Assembly (NCBI GenBank): GCA_016841745.1
Contig: JAENYO010000001.1
Span: 601,463 to 665,462 of the forward strand
From: Acetomicrobium hydrogeniformans
Lineage (GTDB): Bacteria > Synergistota > Synergistia > Synergistales > JAFGMB01
Direction: 5' to 3'
Length of the DNA stretch: 64,000 bases
Positions 55,793 through 64,000 of this stretch are shown piece after piece. The stretch's first letter is position 1, and every line of letters begins with the position of its first letter. A program made the position numbers and the translations under genes. The notes under the pieces are model-generated. The model saw only the letters and a program-made list of their open reading frames with translations, had not been told where the DNA came from and did no database searches.

Positions 55793-56985
55793 AATCCTGG
55801 AAACGATGGAGTTTTATTGCCCTCTTTCTAATCATCCTTACAGCGATTGCAGGACCGTTTCTTTTTGGAACTGATCCTGAAAACCCGATGGCACCCCCTT
55901 TTTCAAAACCTGTGTGGCTCGACCGGGATGCACCTCTTACAAGAATTCTGGAGCTGACAGAAGGGGAAACCACAAAAACCTTCAAATCGAAAGGAGATCC
56001 ACCAAAACAGTTCAGACTCAAGGGCAGGATCAGGTTCGAAGGAACTCCGGTCAAGGCCACACTCGTATGGAGAACACCCCGTGAAGAGATCCTTCTCGAA
56101 GATCTGTCCCGATATTCTGATATTCTGATAGATCTTGACGGAAGGGACATTACCTTCAAGTTGAACATTGGTCTTTCAGCCTTTGATAATGCAATGGACA
56201 AACTGATGCCGGCCGAGGGAGAATACTCCTTATATATCGAAAGCGATGTCCCTGTCGCATCAGCAGAATTGACCGCCACCCTTGAAGGGGGGAGATGGGG
56301 GGTCCTGGGAACCGATCAGAGGGGAAGGAACGTATTATACCTCTTCGTTATGGGAATAAGGGTTTCCCTGATAGTTGGAATAAGCGCCACCCTCATTGCC
56401 AGTATGATAGGTCTTTCAATGGGTCTGCTTAGCGGATATGCAGGAGGATTTACGGACTCTGTCATCATGAGGAGCGTGGATGTGCTTCTATCTATTCCTA
56501 TTCTTCCCATTCTAATGGCACTTGCAGGTATCTGGGGAAAAGGTCTGTGGCAGCTGGTACTTATTCTTTCACTTTTTTCCTGGATGGGGACGGCCCGTAC
56601 TGTACGCTCACTGACTCTTACCCTGAGAGATGCCTGTTTTATTGAAAACCTCAGGGCTCTTGGTGCGGGAACCCCATACATTCTTGCAAGACACCTTCTC
56701 CCTGAAACACTTCCCCTGCTGCTGGCGAATATAGCTCTGGGTGTTCCCGGAGCAATTCTCGCGGAAGCAGGAATATCCTTCCTGGGACTCTCAGATCCAA
56801 GGGTGATATCGTGGGGTCGAATGCTCCACGAAGCCCATTCCTTTGGAGCATTTACTACTGGTGCGTGGTGGCTTCTTCTTCCTCCAGGTCTTGGAATAGC
56901 ATTTTTATGTCTTATCTTTCTTGATATCGGAAAGTTTCTTGAAGAAATGGTCGATCCGAGATTGAAGGGAGGTAATGATAAATGA
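55789..56985 (+). CDS. ABC transporter permease (DppC/OppC-like) with an enlarged first periplasmic loop
   Basis: LGTDQRGRNVLY box, an EAA-type loop region (ARTVRSLTLTLRD..FIENLRALGAG) and a C-terminal DPRLK. About 145 aa separate TM1 from the LGTD box. 4-nt overlaps on both sides. Confidence 0.9.
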   Translation: MKSWKRWSFIALFLIILTAIAGPFLFGTDPENPMAPPFSKPVWLDRDAPLTRILELTEGETTKTFKSKGDPPKQFRLKGRIRFEGTPVKATLVWRTPREEILLEDLSRYSDILIDLDGRDITFKLNIGLSAFDNAMDKLMPAEGEYSLYIESDVPVASAELTATLEGGRWGVLGTDQRGRNVLYLFVMGIRVSLIVGISATLIASMIGLSMGLLSGYAGGFTDSVIMRSVDVLLSIPILPILMALAGIWGKGLWQLVLILSLFSWMGTARTVRSLTLTLRDACFIENLRALGAGTPYILARHLLPETLPLLLANIALGVPGAILAEAGISFLGLSDPRVISWGRMLHEAHSFGAFTTGAWWLLLPPGLGIAFLCLIFLDIGKFLEEMVDPRLKGGNDK

Positions 56986-57767
56986 TCAGGATATCCCATC
57001 TTTATGTTTCTTATCGTAGTACCTTTTCAGATGTAGAGGCCGTTACCAATGCCTCTCTCACAATTGCAAAGGGAACCATTGCAGCATTGGTTGGTGAATC
57101 CGGAAGCGGGAAAAGCACTCTCCTGATGGCTATCCTTTCCCTTCTTCCTCCTGGAACGCTGGTAAAGGGAAAGATCATTTTTGACGGGGAAGACATTCTA
57201 CAGATTCCCGAATCAAAGTTGAACAGGATACGCTGGGAACGAATTGCCCTCATACCCCAGGGAGCCATGAACTCTCTTACACCAGTACTCTCGGTTGGAC
57301 AACAGATCAGGGAAATCCTTTCATTTCACAATGGGATCAAAGGTCTTCCTGCAGAAAGAAAAACTGCTGAGCTACTGGATAAATCCGGGTTACCCTCTTC
57401 TGTTGCAGGACGTTACCCACATGAACTTTCCGGGGGGCAGAAGCAGAGGGCATCCATAGCAATGGCTCTTGCCTGCGATCCGGATTTTCTCCTTGCTGAT
57501 GAACCTACAACCGCGCTGGATGTTATAACCCAGGGAGAAATAGTCTCCACACTTTCAAAGATAGTAAGGGATACAGGAATGGGAATGCTCCTTGTCACCC
57601 ATGACCTTCCGCTTGCGACATCTGTGGCAGATCATATCACCGTTATGAAGAACGGCCTGATCGTAGAACAGGGTTCCACAGAAGAAATTCTGGAAAATCC
57701 CCATCATGTTCACACCAGGGAGCTGATCGCTGCCCTTAAAGTCCTTGAAGGAGGAAATTCAAATTGA
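56982..57767 (+). CDS. ABC transporter ATP-binding protein (DppD/OppD-like)
   Basis: Walker A GESGSGKST, signature LSGGQKQR, Walker B LLADEPTTALD, H-loop VTHD. Confidence 0.9.
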   Translation: MIRISHLYVSYRSTFSDVEAVTNASLTIAKGTIAALVGESGSGKSTLLMAILSLLPPGTLVKGKIIFDGEDILQIPESKLNRIRWERIALIPQGAMNSLTPVLSVGQQIREILSFHNGIKGLPAERKTAELLDKSGLPSSVAGRYPHELSGGQKQRASIAMALACDPDFLLADEPTTALDVITQGEIVSTLSKIVRDTGMGMLLVTHDLPLATSVADHITVMKNGLIVEQGSTEEILENPHHVHTRELIAALKVLEGGNSN

Positions 57768-58702
57768 ATTCCATTGAAACATTATTGAAGGTAGAAAGGG
57801 CAGATCTTTCGTTTTCCTCCAGAGGTGGAACTTGGGTACAGGCCCTCAGCAAGGTATCCTTTAATTTAGGATACGGGCAAAGCCTTGCCATTGTTGGAGA
57901 ATCCGGCAGTGGAAAGACTACTCTTCTACGGGCAGTCCTGGGACTTCTTCCCCTTGACTCCGGGGATATATATCTCCTTGGGAAAAACCTGGAACAATGC
58001 ACATCCTCCACCCTGGTCAACCTGAGAAGGCGCTGTGGCTTCATACCCCAGGACCCTTACGGCTGTCTTCCTCCAACTCTGAATGTACTGGATGCTGTGA
58101 CAGAACCCTTCATCCTGGTCAATGGGAAACAAAGGAAGGTAGAAGCCAATGAAAAGGCCTGGCAACTTCTGAAAGAACTTGGACTTGGAGAGGAAAGAAT
58201 ATCAAAAGCCCGTATCAGATCCGGGCTTTCAGGAGGCCAGAAACAGAGAGTATCCGTCGCAAGAGCCCTGATACTGCAACCCACCCTTCTTCTGGCAGAT
58301 GAACCAACTAGCATGCAGGATGCTTCTACAAGGGGAGAAATAATTGAAATTCTGAATACAAGGGTTGCCAGTGGCATGTCCCTTATCTTTGTAACTCACG
58401 ATCTTCTCCTGGCAAGGGCAGCAGCCGGGAGGACCATAGTTCTATATGGAGGGATGGTATGCGAGTATGGCAACAGCTCCGATATCCTGGAAGATCCGGT
58501 CCACCCATATACAAGAGCTCTTTTCTCGGCTCTTCCCAAGCTTGGAGAAAAGCTGCAATTACTAGCTAAAAACAGAACCTTTCAGACAGAAGAAAGGGGC
58601 TGCCCCTTTAGAAGCAGGTGCCCCCTATCTGATGATCAGTGTCAATGCTCCCCGCCCATCAGGGAGAGAAAGGGAAGGATGGTAGGATGCTGGAAGACGT
58701 AA
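57764..58702 (+). CDS. ABC transporter ATP-binding protein (DppF/OppF-like) with a Cys-rich C-terminal extension
   Basis: Walker A GESGSGKTT, signature LSGGQKQR, Walker B LLADEPTSMQD. The C-terminus has HPYTRAL and CPFRSRCPLSDDQC, typical of Opp/Dpp ATPases. Confidence 0.9.
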   Translation: MNSIETLLKVERADLSFSSRGGTWVQALSKVSFNLGYGQSLAIVGESGSGKTTLLRAVLGLLPLDSGDIYLLGKNLEQCTSSTLVNLRRRCGFIPQDPYGCLPPTLNVLDAVTEPFILVNGKQRKVEANEKAWQLLKELGLGEERISKARIRSGLSGGQKQRVSVARALILQPTLLLADEPTSMQDASTRGEIIEILNTRVASGMSLIFVTHDLLLARAAAGRTIVLYGGMVCEYGNSSDILEDPVHPYTRALFSALPKLGEKLQLLAKNRTFQTEERGCPFRSRCPLSDDQCQCSPPIRERKGRMVGCWKT

Positions 58703-58767
58703 GTAAAGACCCTCTAACAGAACTTCCTTCTACAGTAGTATCAACCTTATAAACCAGGCCAGACAAT

Positions 58768-59910
58768 CTAGTACCTGAAGATCCCAGAAGCCAATCCCCC
58801 TCCCGGAACCCTTTCGGGATCAATTACATATACTGTTCCTCCATTCAGGATAGTATAATAAGCAGCAAGATCAAGAAGATCCCCATCTCCCTTCATCTTT
58901 TCATTGTGGATCTCTATTTGATCAACAGAAGAATCATAGTTTCCCCACTGTCGGTAGTCTCTGGCTACAAAAAAAGACTGGATCCTTCCTTCCGCAGCCA
59001 TAGGGATAAGTTTTTTCAGATCTTCTGAAGTCCTGCCGGAACCGACCATTTCATGATATTCACTTATCGCTTTTTCTTCCTTTTCTCTAAAATAGGGGCC
59101 CATTATTTCCATAGATCTGCGGTGAAGTTCATGGGCGGAGAGATTATCGGGATTACCTGAAATTCCCTCTTCCACAATGCGAGGATAGGATGTTATTTTT
59201 TTATAGAGAGATATTTCCTGATCTACTGCTGCTATAAGCAGGGGTCCCTTTTTCCCCTCCAATATATTCAGAAGGGCTTTATCAACAATTTTAAAGTACT
59301 TGAGGATATCATCCTTATTGAGTTCATATCCAGCCCCATGGATAGGGGAAAGGCCCCCCTTACCGCCTGGAGACCCGTGAGTTCTCTGAAGTGTTCTTTC
59401 TCTCTCTTCATATTTCAGTGCCCCCTTCAATCCCCCGGGAAGGTCATTTATTCCCGTGGGATCAAGGGAATACCTGGATCCGGTGAAAACCCTGACCTTT
59501 TTCTGACTGAGCGCAAGAAGATAATACTGTTCTTCTCCGCTGAAAAACTGGATCAGTGGTTTTATATGGAATCTTTCTGAAAAGATTACAAGATCCTTCA
59601 CTCCTGCCGGGAGCCAGAAAAATCGTATATCATCCATGGAAAGGAAGATCGCAAGAGCCATATTGAGGCTCTTCCAGAATGGAATATCCATTAAAAGCCC
59701 CTGTAAGGGTTCAATAAAAGATATCTCATCTTTTTTTTCCATACCACTCTTTTCCAGAAGGATCTCCAGCTCTCGAATTGCGTTTTTTAATTTTATCCGA
59801 GCCTGGCGGGAGGGTTCCCCCGAAGGGGGAAATGAAATGTACACAGATGCACAGGGACCTTTCTGAACATCCATAAGGGATCTCAATTCTTCTCTGGCCA
59901 GAATATTCAT
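58768..59910 (-). CDS. conserved hypothetical protein (possibly a bacterial eRF1-like / baeRF-family fold; unverified)
   Basis: 380-aa ORF with AAGGGG SD 8 nt upstream. The overall layout (N-terminal P.ASVYISFP, central HIKPL, C-terminal GRIQSFFV...GGTVYVI) recalls, from memory only, the bacterial archaeo-eukaryotic release-factor-like families. No search was possible. Confidence 0.5.
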   Translation of the reverse strand: MNILAREELRSLMDVQKGPCASVYISFPPSGEPSRQARIKLKNAIRELEILLEKSGMEKKDEISFIEPLQGLLMDIPFWKSLNMALAIFLSMDDIRFFWLPAGVKDLVIFSERFHIKPLIQFFSGEEQYYLLALSQKKVRVFTGSRYSLDPTGINDLPGGLKGALKYEERERTLQRTHGSPGGKGGLSPIHGAGYELNKDDILKYFKIVDKALLNILEGKKGPLLIAAVDQEISLYKKITSYPRIVEEGISGNPDNLSAHELHRRSMEIMGPYFREKEEKAISEYHEMVGSGRTSEDLKKLIPMAAEGRIQSFFVARDYRQWGNYDSSVDQIEIHNEKMKGDGDLLDLAAYYTILNGGTVYVIDPERVPGGGLASGIFRY

Positions 59911-60131
59911 TCACTCAACCCCTTTTACCTTAATTTCCGCTGTATCAGCGGTTTTTAAAAGTCATCCTCAATGGAAGTGAAGTTTTTGATTGTATCAGGA
60001 ATCCTGCAGTCCCTGGAGGATGATTAAAGAGTCGGGAAAAATCATGAACATATTGAACAGAAGATAAATGAAAAAACAGAAACCACAAGTCCCTAGTAAA
60101 ACTCTGACTAAATACCAATTCTTTGTAGTAA

Positions 60132-60158
60132 ATTATACCACTTATAGAAAAAAGTCAA
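60132..60158 (-). promoter_or_regulatory. candidate extended -10 sigma-70 promoter
   Basis: On the minus strand: TTGACT-15 nt-TGgTATAAT, a perfect -10 with an upstream TG and a near-consensus -35. It would give a ~215-nt leader before the ATG at 59910. Confidence 0.3.
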
Positions 60159-60367
60159 TTTAATCTCATTGAAAAATCAGCGGGGGGATCAGCCAAAGGG
60201 CCTGAAACATCTTTACTACAACAACGAGATCAGGGATATATAAAACATAACCTTTTCAATGGTAGGGATCAATAAAGAATTTTGAATTTTCGATCAGAAA
60301 ATCACAGTAAAGATGGGCTTTTGCCATTTGCACTGGTTAGAACCTTTATTCCAGAAAATCCAGCCTT

Positions 60368-61390
60368 TTAATTCTTTTCTTTCAGAAAACCGACGAAACC
60401 CAGAATACTGTTCCTTATAAAGAAACTCTCCTTTTCCTTCATCTCTTCGTTAAAGAGTTGATAACAGGAAAGAAAGCCATCACTTGCAAGAAGGATCTTT
60501 AATGCTTTTTCGACAACAGCCTCATGATCGTTATCACTCTTGAGAATTCCTGATATTATTTCCTCCCAAAGGGTAAGCTGTTCCATATGCAGCTTCAGGA
60601 GCATGGAAGGGTACCTTGAATAGCCGTAGTGGCTGTAACATATAAGGCTGCTGCTCCTCTCCATAAGGCTTGAAAGAGATCTCCTGGCGATTTCCAGGTC
60701 AAAGACAGGAGGAGAAGCAGGATACATGTACAATACATCAGGTACTGATGGGACAGGAGGCTCAGGTTCAGGACAGCCGGTCATATTCATATTTTCCTGC
60801 CACCTGGGTAGCATATCCCGATTAAGCATTACACCAGCCGCCTCTCCCGGGAAAAGAATGTTTTTATCTCCGCATTTATACAGGAAAGATTGGTGATGGG
60901 AAGCATGACCTGGAGTATCCCAGACTTCAAGACCATCTATGCTGATATTATTTTTAAGGATGTCATCTTCGGCAACGGCTATCATTTCCCCAAAAGTAAG
61001 TACCATCTCGCCAAGGGTTTTGAGGCTTCCCTCCCAAAGCTTTGAAGGATCGATCAGGTGCTTACGTCCTCTGAATGGTACGACTATCCTGGTGCCTGGA
61101 AAGATCTTTACCAGATGGCCGATCCCGCCGGCATGATCAAGGTGAATGTGGGTTAGCAGTACATAGTCAAGTTCTTCCACACCAAGAGTTGAGAGGCTCT
61201 TTTCAAGGGCTGGAACGGTAGATGCAGGACCAATATCTACAAGGTAGTTTCTCCCCAATTCCCTGTCCTGGAGCAACCATGAAGTTATCTGGTAGGAAAA
61301 ACCGGGAAGGGGAAGAGGAAGATCTATCATATAGAGACCGACAGAAGAAGTATTCATAACTTCAGTAATATGTCTTTTCATTAGATTCAT
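60368..61390 (-). CDS. MBL-fold metallo-hydrolase
   Basis: HxHxDH motif LTHIHLDHAGG, downstream His/Asp ligand contexts (TPGHASHH), and a helical C-terminal extension. Confidence 0.85.
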   Translation of the reverse strand: MNLMKRHITEVMNTSSVGLYMIDLPLPLPGFSYQITSWLLQDRELGRNYLVDIGPASTVPALEKSLSTLGVEELDYVLLTHIHLDHAGGIGHLVKIFPGTRIVVPFRGRKHLIDPSKLWEGSLKTLGEMVLTFGEMIAVAEDDILKNNISIDGLEVWDTPGHASHHQSFLYKCGDKNILFPGEAAGVMLNRDMLPRWQENMNMTGCPEPEPPVPSVPDVLYMYPASPPVFDLEIARRSLSSLMERSSSLICYSHYGYSRYPSMLLKLHMEQLTLWEEIISGILKSDNDHEAVVEKALKILLASDGFLSCYQLFNEEMKEKESFFIRNSILGFVGFLKEKN

Positions 61391-61478
61391 CCTTTCCTGA
61401 CTTTTATTCTCTGAAAACTACTCATACCGGACTCATTATCAAGTAAATTCTCAGTCAATCATGGCTTGAAGGAAAAGG

Positions 61479-62171
61479 TCATCGGGACTCTAGAGAGAGT
61501 GCCGCCCTAAAATGCTTGCAGTCCTTCTTTCTCTGGAAGAAAGGACATGAACAGTTCCTGTGGAGAAGATCAACGGCATAATCCTCTGTTCCATGGGCAA
61601 TGTAGATCTGGTCCGTAATCTTTTCCAGATTTGAAGCATCAAATGCTGTAAGATGTCTATCCTCATCTTCTTTTTCAAAAGCACGGTTCGACAAGGCATC
61701 AGCATGGGCATTAAGATCTCTTGGAACCCACTGGAGTACCGATTCTGTCTGTTTCTTCAGTTCCTTAGCCTTAAGGAAAAGTTCCTTCAGATGGGGCTTG
61801 TTAACCTTCCATAGCCCATTAACCTGGTTAACCACAAGTTTGCTGTCCCCTGAGATCTGAACATATTTAAGTTTCCTTGCCCTTATTTCCTCAAGTAAAA
61901 AAATGAGGGCTGAATATTCTGCTTCGTTATTAGTCTTTTTTCCAAGAGCACGGGAAAACTCCCAAATCGGTCTGCCCTCTTCATCATAGATCACGGCACC
62001 TGCACCGGCTTCTCCTGGATTACCTCTTGATGCTCCATCAAAACATGCCCTGTAGACCAAATTTATCACCATCACTTTTTGTTTTCGATCTTCCAGTAAA
62101 GAATATAACATAAAGAAAGATGTTTTATCGCCACGTAAAAAAAGAGGAATAAGTAGTTTGACTTGTGACAT
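61479..62171 (-). CDS. RNase HI-type ribonuclease H fused to a C-terminal SWIM zinc finger
   Basis: RNase H DEDD contexts: CFDGASRGNPG (D), NNEAEY (E), SGDSKLVV (D), NAHADALS (D). The C-terminal CSCPFFQRKKDCKH fits the SWIM CxCxnCxH pattern. The true start is probably the ATG at 62072 (MVINLVYRACFDG). Confidence 0.75.
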   Translation of the reverse strand: MSQVKLLIPLFLRGDKTSFFMLYSLLEDRKQKVMVINLVYRACFDGASRGNPGEAGAGAVIYDEEGRPIWEFSRALGKKTNNEAEYSALIFLLEEIRARKLKYVQISGDSKLVVNQVNGLWKVNKPHLKELFLKAKELKKQTESVLQWVPRDLNAHADALSNRAFEKEDEDRHLTAFDASNLEKITDQIYIAHGTEDYAVDLLHRNCSCPFFQRKKDCKHFRAALSLESR

Positions 62172-62231
62172 AAAACTGAACCAAAGGTATAATGTCTTTT
62201 AAGTACAGAATATTCAACAGGGGGGATAATT

Positions 62232-62708
62232 GTGAAATCAGACCTTAGATTCTGTCGTTTTATCCTAAGCATCGTGCTACTTCTTATAATCGCTGTAATT
62301 CCAGCTTCTGCTTCCCCTTCAATTCTTATAAGCAAAGCTGTATTTGTAAGCCAGGCTGACGGTTTTGGAAACTATACCAATGAAGAAAATAATCATTTTC
62401 TCAGTGGTAGTAAAACTTCAGTATATGTCGAACTTGATAACTTCACCATCAAAAAGGGCGATGAAGAATACGAAATTGACATCAGAGTCGAACTTGATGT
62501 GATTAACTCGGAAGATGAGATAGTAGCAAAGAGTGATAAGGTCTTTGCCCTGAAAAAATCTTTGAAAAGTAATCAAAGGGATCTTTCCTTCAAAGTACCT
62601 CTGGATTTTTCCAAGTGGAAAACTGGTAAATATACTCTGGTTTTCAAAGCGACCGACAATATTCAAAACATGCTTCACGTTACACAGCTTCCTCTGGAAA
62701 TTTTTTAA
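62232..62708 (+). CDS. secreted hypothetical protein (beta-rich)
   Basis: GTG start with GGGGGG SD 6 nt upstream. Signal peptide ...LLLIIAVIPASASPS. Followed by a strong terminator. Confidence 0.6.
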   Translation: MKSDLRFCRFILSIVLLLIIAVIPASASPSILISKAVFVSQADGFGNYTNEENNHFLSGSKTSVYVELDNFTIKKGDEEYEIDIRVELDVINSEDEIVAKSDKVFALKKSLKSNQRDLSFKVPLDFSKWKTGKYTLVFKATDNIQNMLHVTQLPLEIF

Positions 62709-62731
62709 AATACCCTGGCCCAAGTTATTTC

Positions 62732-62772
62732 AGACTGGTTTCACACTGATGAAACCAGTCTTTACTTATTTT
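62732..62772 (+). terminator. rho-independent terminator
   Basis: Perfect 12-bp stem AGACTGGTTTCA-CACTGA-TGAAACCAGTCT followed by TTACTTATTTT. Confidence 0.8.
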
Positions 62773-62828
62773 ATAACCACTCGAGTTTCTGTAATAATTC
62801 AGATAGATACACTCTCTGGAAGAGGAGA

Positions 62829-63605
62829 TTGACTGCCGTGATGAATGAAAAAGAGCTGATATCCCTTATTGAAAAACTCAAAAAAGGCGAAGTAGATACT
62901 TCTCATTTTTTATCGACAATTAAAAGTTTTCCCTTCAAGGACCTTGGCGAGGTCAAGCTCGATACTCACCGTTCCATCAGACAGGGCTTTGCTGAGATCG
63001 TCTACTGCCCGGGGAAAAGCGATGAACAACTTGAGCAGATCGCAAAAGCTATGCAGAATACCCGGGAAAGCCTTCTTTTCTCAAGGATAAATGAAAAGCA
63101 GTACAGGCTTGTCCTCAAGGATCTTCCAGAGTTAATATTTTATCCTAAAGCAGCAATGGCTGGAATCAAAAAAACAGATACGGGAAGTTTTGACGGACTT
63201 ATTGTCGCTACAGGAGGAAGCAGTGACGTCCCAGTTGCAGAAGAGGCTGCTGTAACTGCAGAACATATGGGATGCAATGTTACAAGGATGTATGATGTTG
63301 GAGTTGCCGGGGTACACAGGTTGCTGGCCCATATCGAAACCCTGCAGAAAGCCAAAGCCATTGTGGCAGTTGCCGGTATGGAGGGGGCTCTGCCTGGCGT
63401 AATAGGAGGACTTGTTTCCTGTCCGGTAATAGGCGTACCAACAAACGTAGGCTACGGAATGAACCTTAATGGGATAGCACCTCTTCTGACTATGCTCAAT
63501 TCATGCGCTACAGGGGTAACAGTGGTCAATATAAACAACGGACTTGGTGCAGGCTATAGCGGAGCCATGATAGTCAGGCAGTCTTTCGATGCAAAACTAT
63601 CCTGA
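62829..63605 (+). CDS. larB: nickel-pincer cofactor biosynthesis protein LarB (PurE-like pyridinium-3,5-biscarboxylic acid mononucleotide synthase)
   Basis: DTHRSIRQGFAEIVYCPGK, the PurE-like GGSSDVPVAEEA, and AGMEGALPGVIGGLV..PVIGVPT. The likely start is GTG 62838 or ATG 62841, 10-13 nt after AGGAG. Confidence 0.85.
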   Translation: MTAVMNEKELISLIEKLKKGEVDTSHFLSTIKSFPFKDLGEVKLDTHRSIRQGFAEIVYCPGKSDEQLEQIAKAMQNTRESLLFSRINEKQYRLVLKDLPELIFYPKAAMAGIKKTDTGSFDGLIVATGGSSDVPVAEEAAVTAEHMGCNVTRMYDVGVAGVHRLLAHIETLQKAKAIVAVAGMEGALPGVIGGLVSCPVIGVPTNVGYGMNLNGIAPLLTMLNSCATGVTVVNINNGLGAGYSGAMIVRQSFDAKLS

Positions 63606-64000
63606 TCTTACAAAATGGTTTTCTCCAGAAGTGATGGACCAACTTCGATCTACAGAATCCTGTGTAGTTTCCTTTTCAGGAGGGGTAGACAGCGCTGTGG
63701 TTCTCAAAGTAATTTCTTATCTGATAGGACCGGCAAAAGTCCATGCAGTGACATTCTCCTCATGGCTTCATTTGAAAAAAGAAATGGACCGCACAGTGGG
63801 ATTCACCAATCAACTCGGTGCACGACATGTTATTATCAAGGGTCCGGAACTTTCCCTGGAAGGGGTAGTTTTTAACCATCCGGACAGATGTGCCCTCTGC
63901 AAGGAAGCACGCATAAAGGAGCTGCTCCGCTATGCCAGGGAACATTCACTTGAGAAAATATATGAAGGGTCAAACCTTGACGATCTCGGAGATCCGACAA
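63589..64000 (+). CDS. larE: ATP-dependent sacrificial sulfur transferase LarE (PP-loop ATPase); 3' end cut by the window edge
   Basis: Frame 1 is open from 63574 to the window end and so is not listed in the ORF track. PP-loop VSFSGGVDSAVV, and downstream DRCALCK. The ATG at 63589 overlaps the larB end; an alternative ATG is at 63634. It is adjacent to larB. Confidence 0.8.
   Translation, partial: MQNYPDLTKWFSPEVMDQLRSTESCVVSFSGGVDSAVVLKVISYLIGPAKVHAVTFSSWLHLKKEMDRTVGFTNQLGARHVIIKGPELSLEGVVFNHPDRCALCKEARIKELLRYAREHSLEKIYEGSNLDDLGDPT

Noticed and set aside
63615-63875. 86-aa plus-strand ORF from the track downstream of larB
   Set aside because: It is in the wrong frame. Frame 1 (open from 63574 to the window end) encodes the PP-loop SGGVDS and the rest of a LarE-like protein, while the listed ORF has no recognisable features.

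Overview
This is a 64-kb chromosomal window, densely coding, with about 50 protein genes. GC is roughly mid-40s % by eye, and strong GGAGG-type Shine-Dalgarno sites sit before most starts. The gene content points to an anaerobic, probably diderm bacterium (indolepyruvate:ferredoxin oxidoreductase, an RdhA/QueG-like Fe-S protein, RtcB plus archease, LarB/LarE, and a patatin with a beta-rich C-terminus). The lineage cannot be fixed from sequence alone. I recognised no rRNA, tRNA, CRISPR array, transposase, integrase or prophage genes.

Gene content, left to right:
- GNAT/nitrilase fusion (5' partial), then a galE plus WbpP-like epimerase operon
- rpoD, a MATE exporter, DedA, a DUF255 thioredoxin-domain protein, TspO
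- HAD hydrolase, iorAB, an FAH-family hydrolase
- two small exported proteins
- AddB/AddA-like helicase-nuclease
- thioesterase, isochorismatase-family and Fe-ADH genes, YitT
- DUF370 protein plus gyrB
- patatin-like lipase, a CCA/poly(A) polymerase-family enzyme
- a signalling block: GGDEF-EAL, CheR, a hybrid kinase with four receiver domains, and an HD-GYP response regulator
- rbsK, then a YhaN/YhaO-like SbcCD-type pair
- racemase, RdhA-like protein, cyclophilin-like protein, membrane phosphoesterase
- NeuD-like acetyltransferase, rtcB plus archease
- a five-gene Opp/Dpp-type ABC importer
- a possible eRF1-like protein, an MBL hydrolase, an RNase HI-SWIM fusion, a secreted protein
- larB and larE (3' partial)

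Most interesting observations:
1. Two tandem paralogous small exported proteins (15518-15901 and 16005-16397, minus strand) have reading frames that continue through a positionally conserved in-frame TGA. Protein-level conservation is visible on both sides of the TGA, and a stem-loop sits at the homologous position downstream. I do not recognise the family. They are candidate selenoproteins.
2. The substrate-binding protein of the ABC importer looks like a circular permutation of the family-5 (DppA/OppA) fold.
3. The conserved archease N-terminal EHTAD motif lies upstream of the first usable ATG and behind an in-frame TGA.
4. A CACCGCAAAG repeat family is clustered at 3.6-8 kb, including one MITE-like inverted pair.
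5. There is an RNase HI-SWIM fusion.

All functional calls come from motif and family recognition by eye. No database search or folding computation was run.
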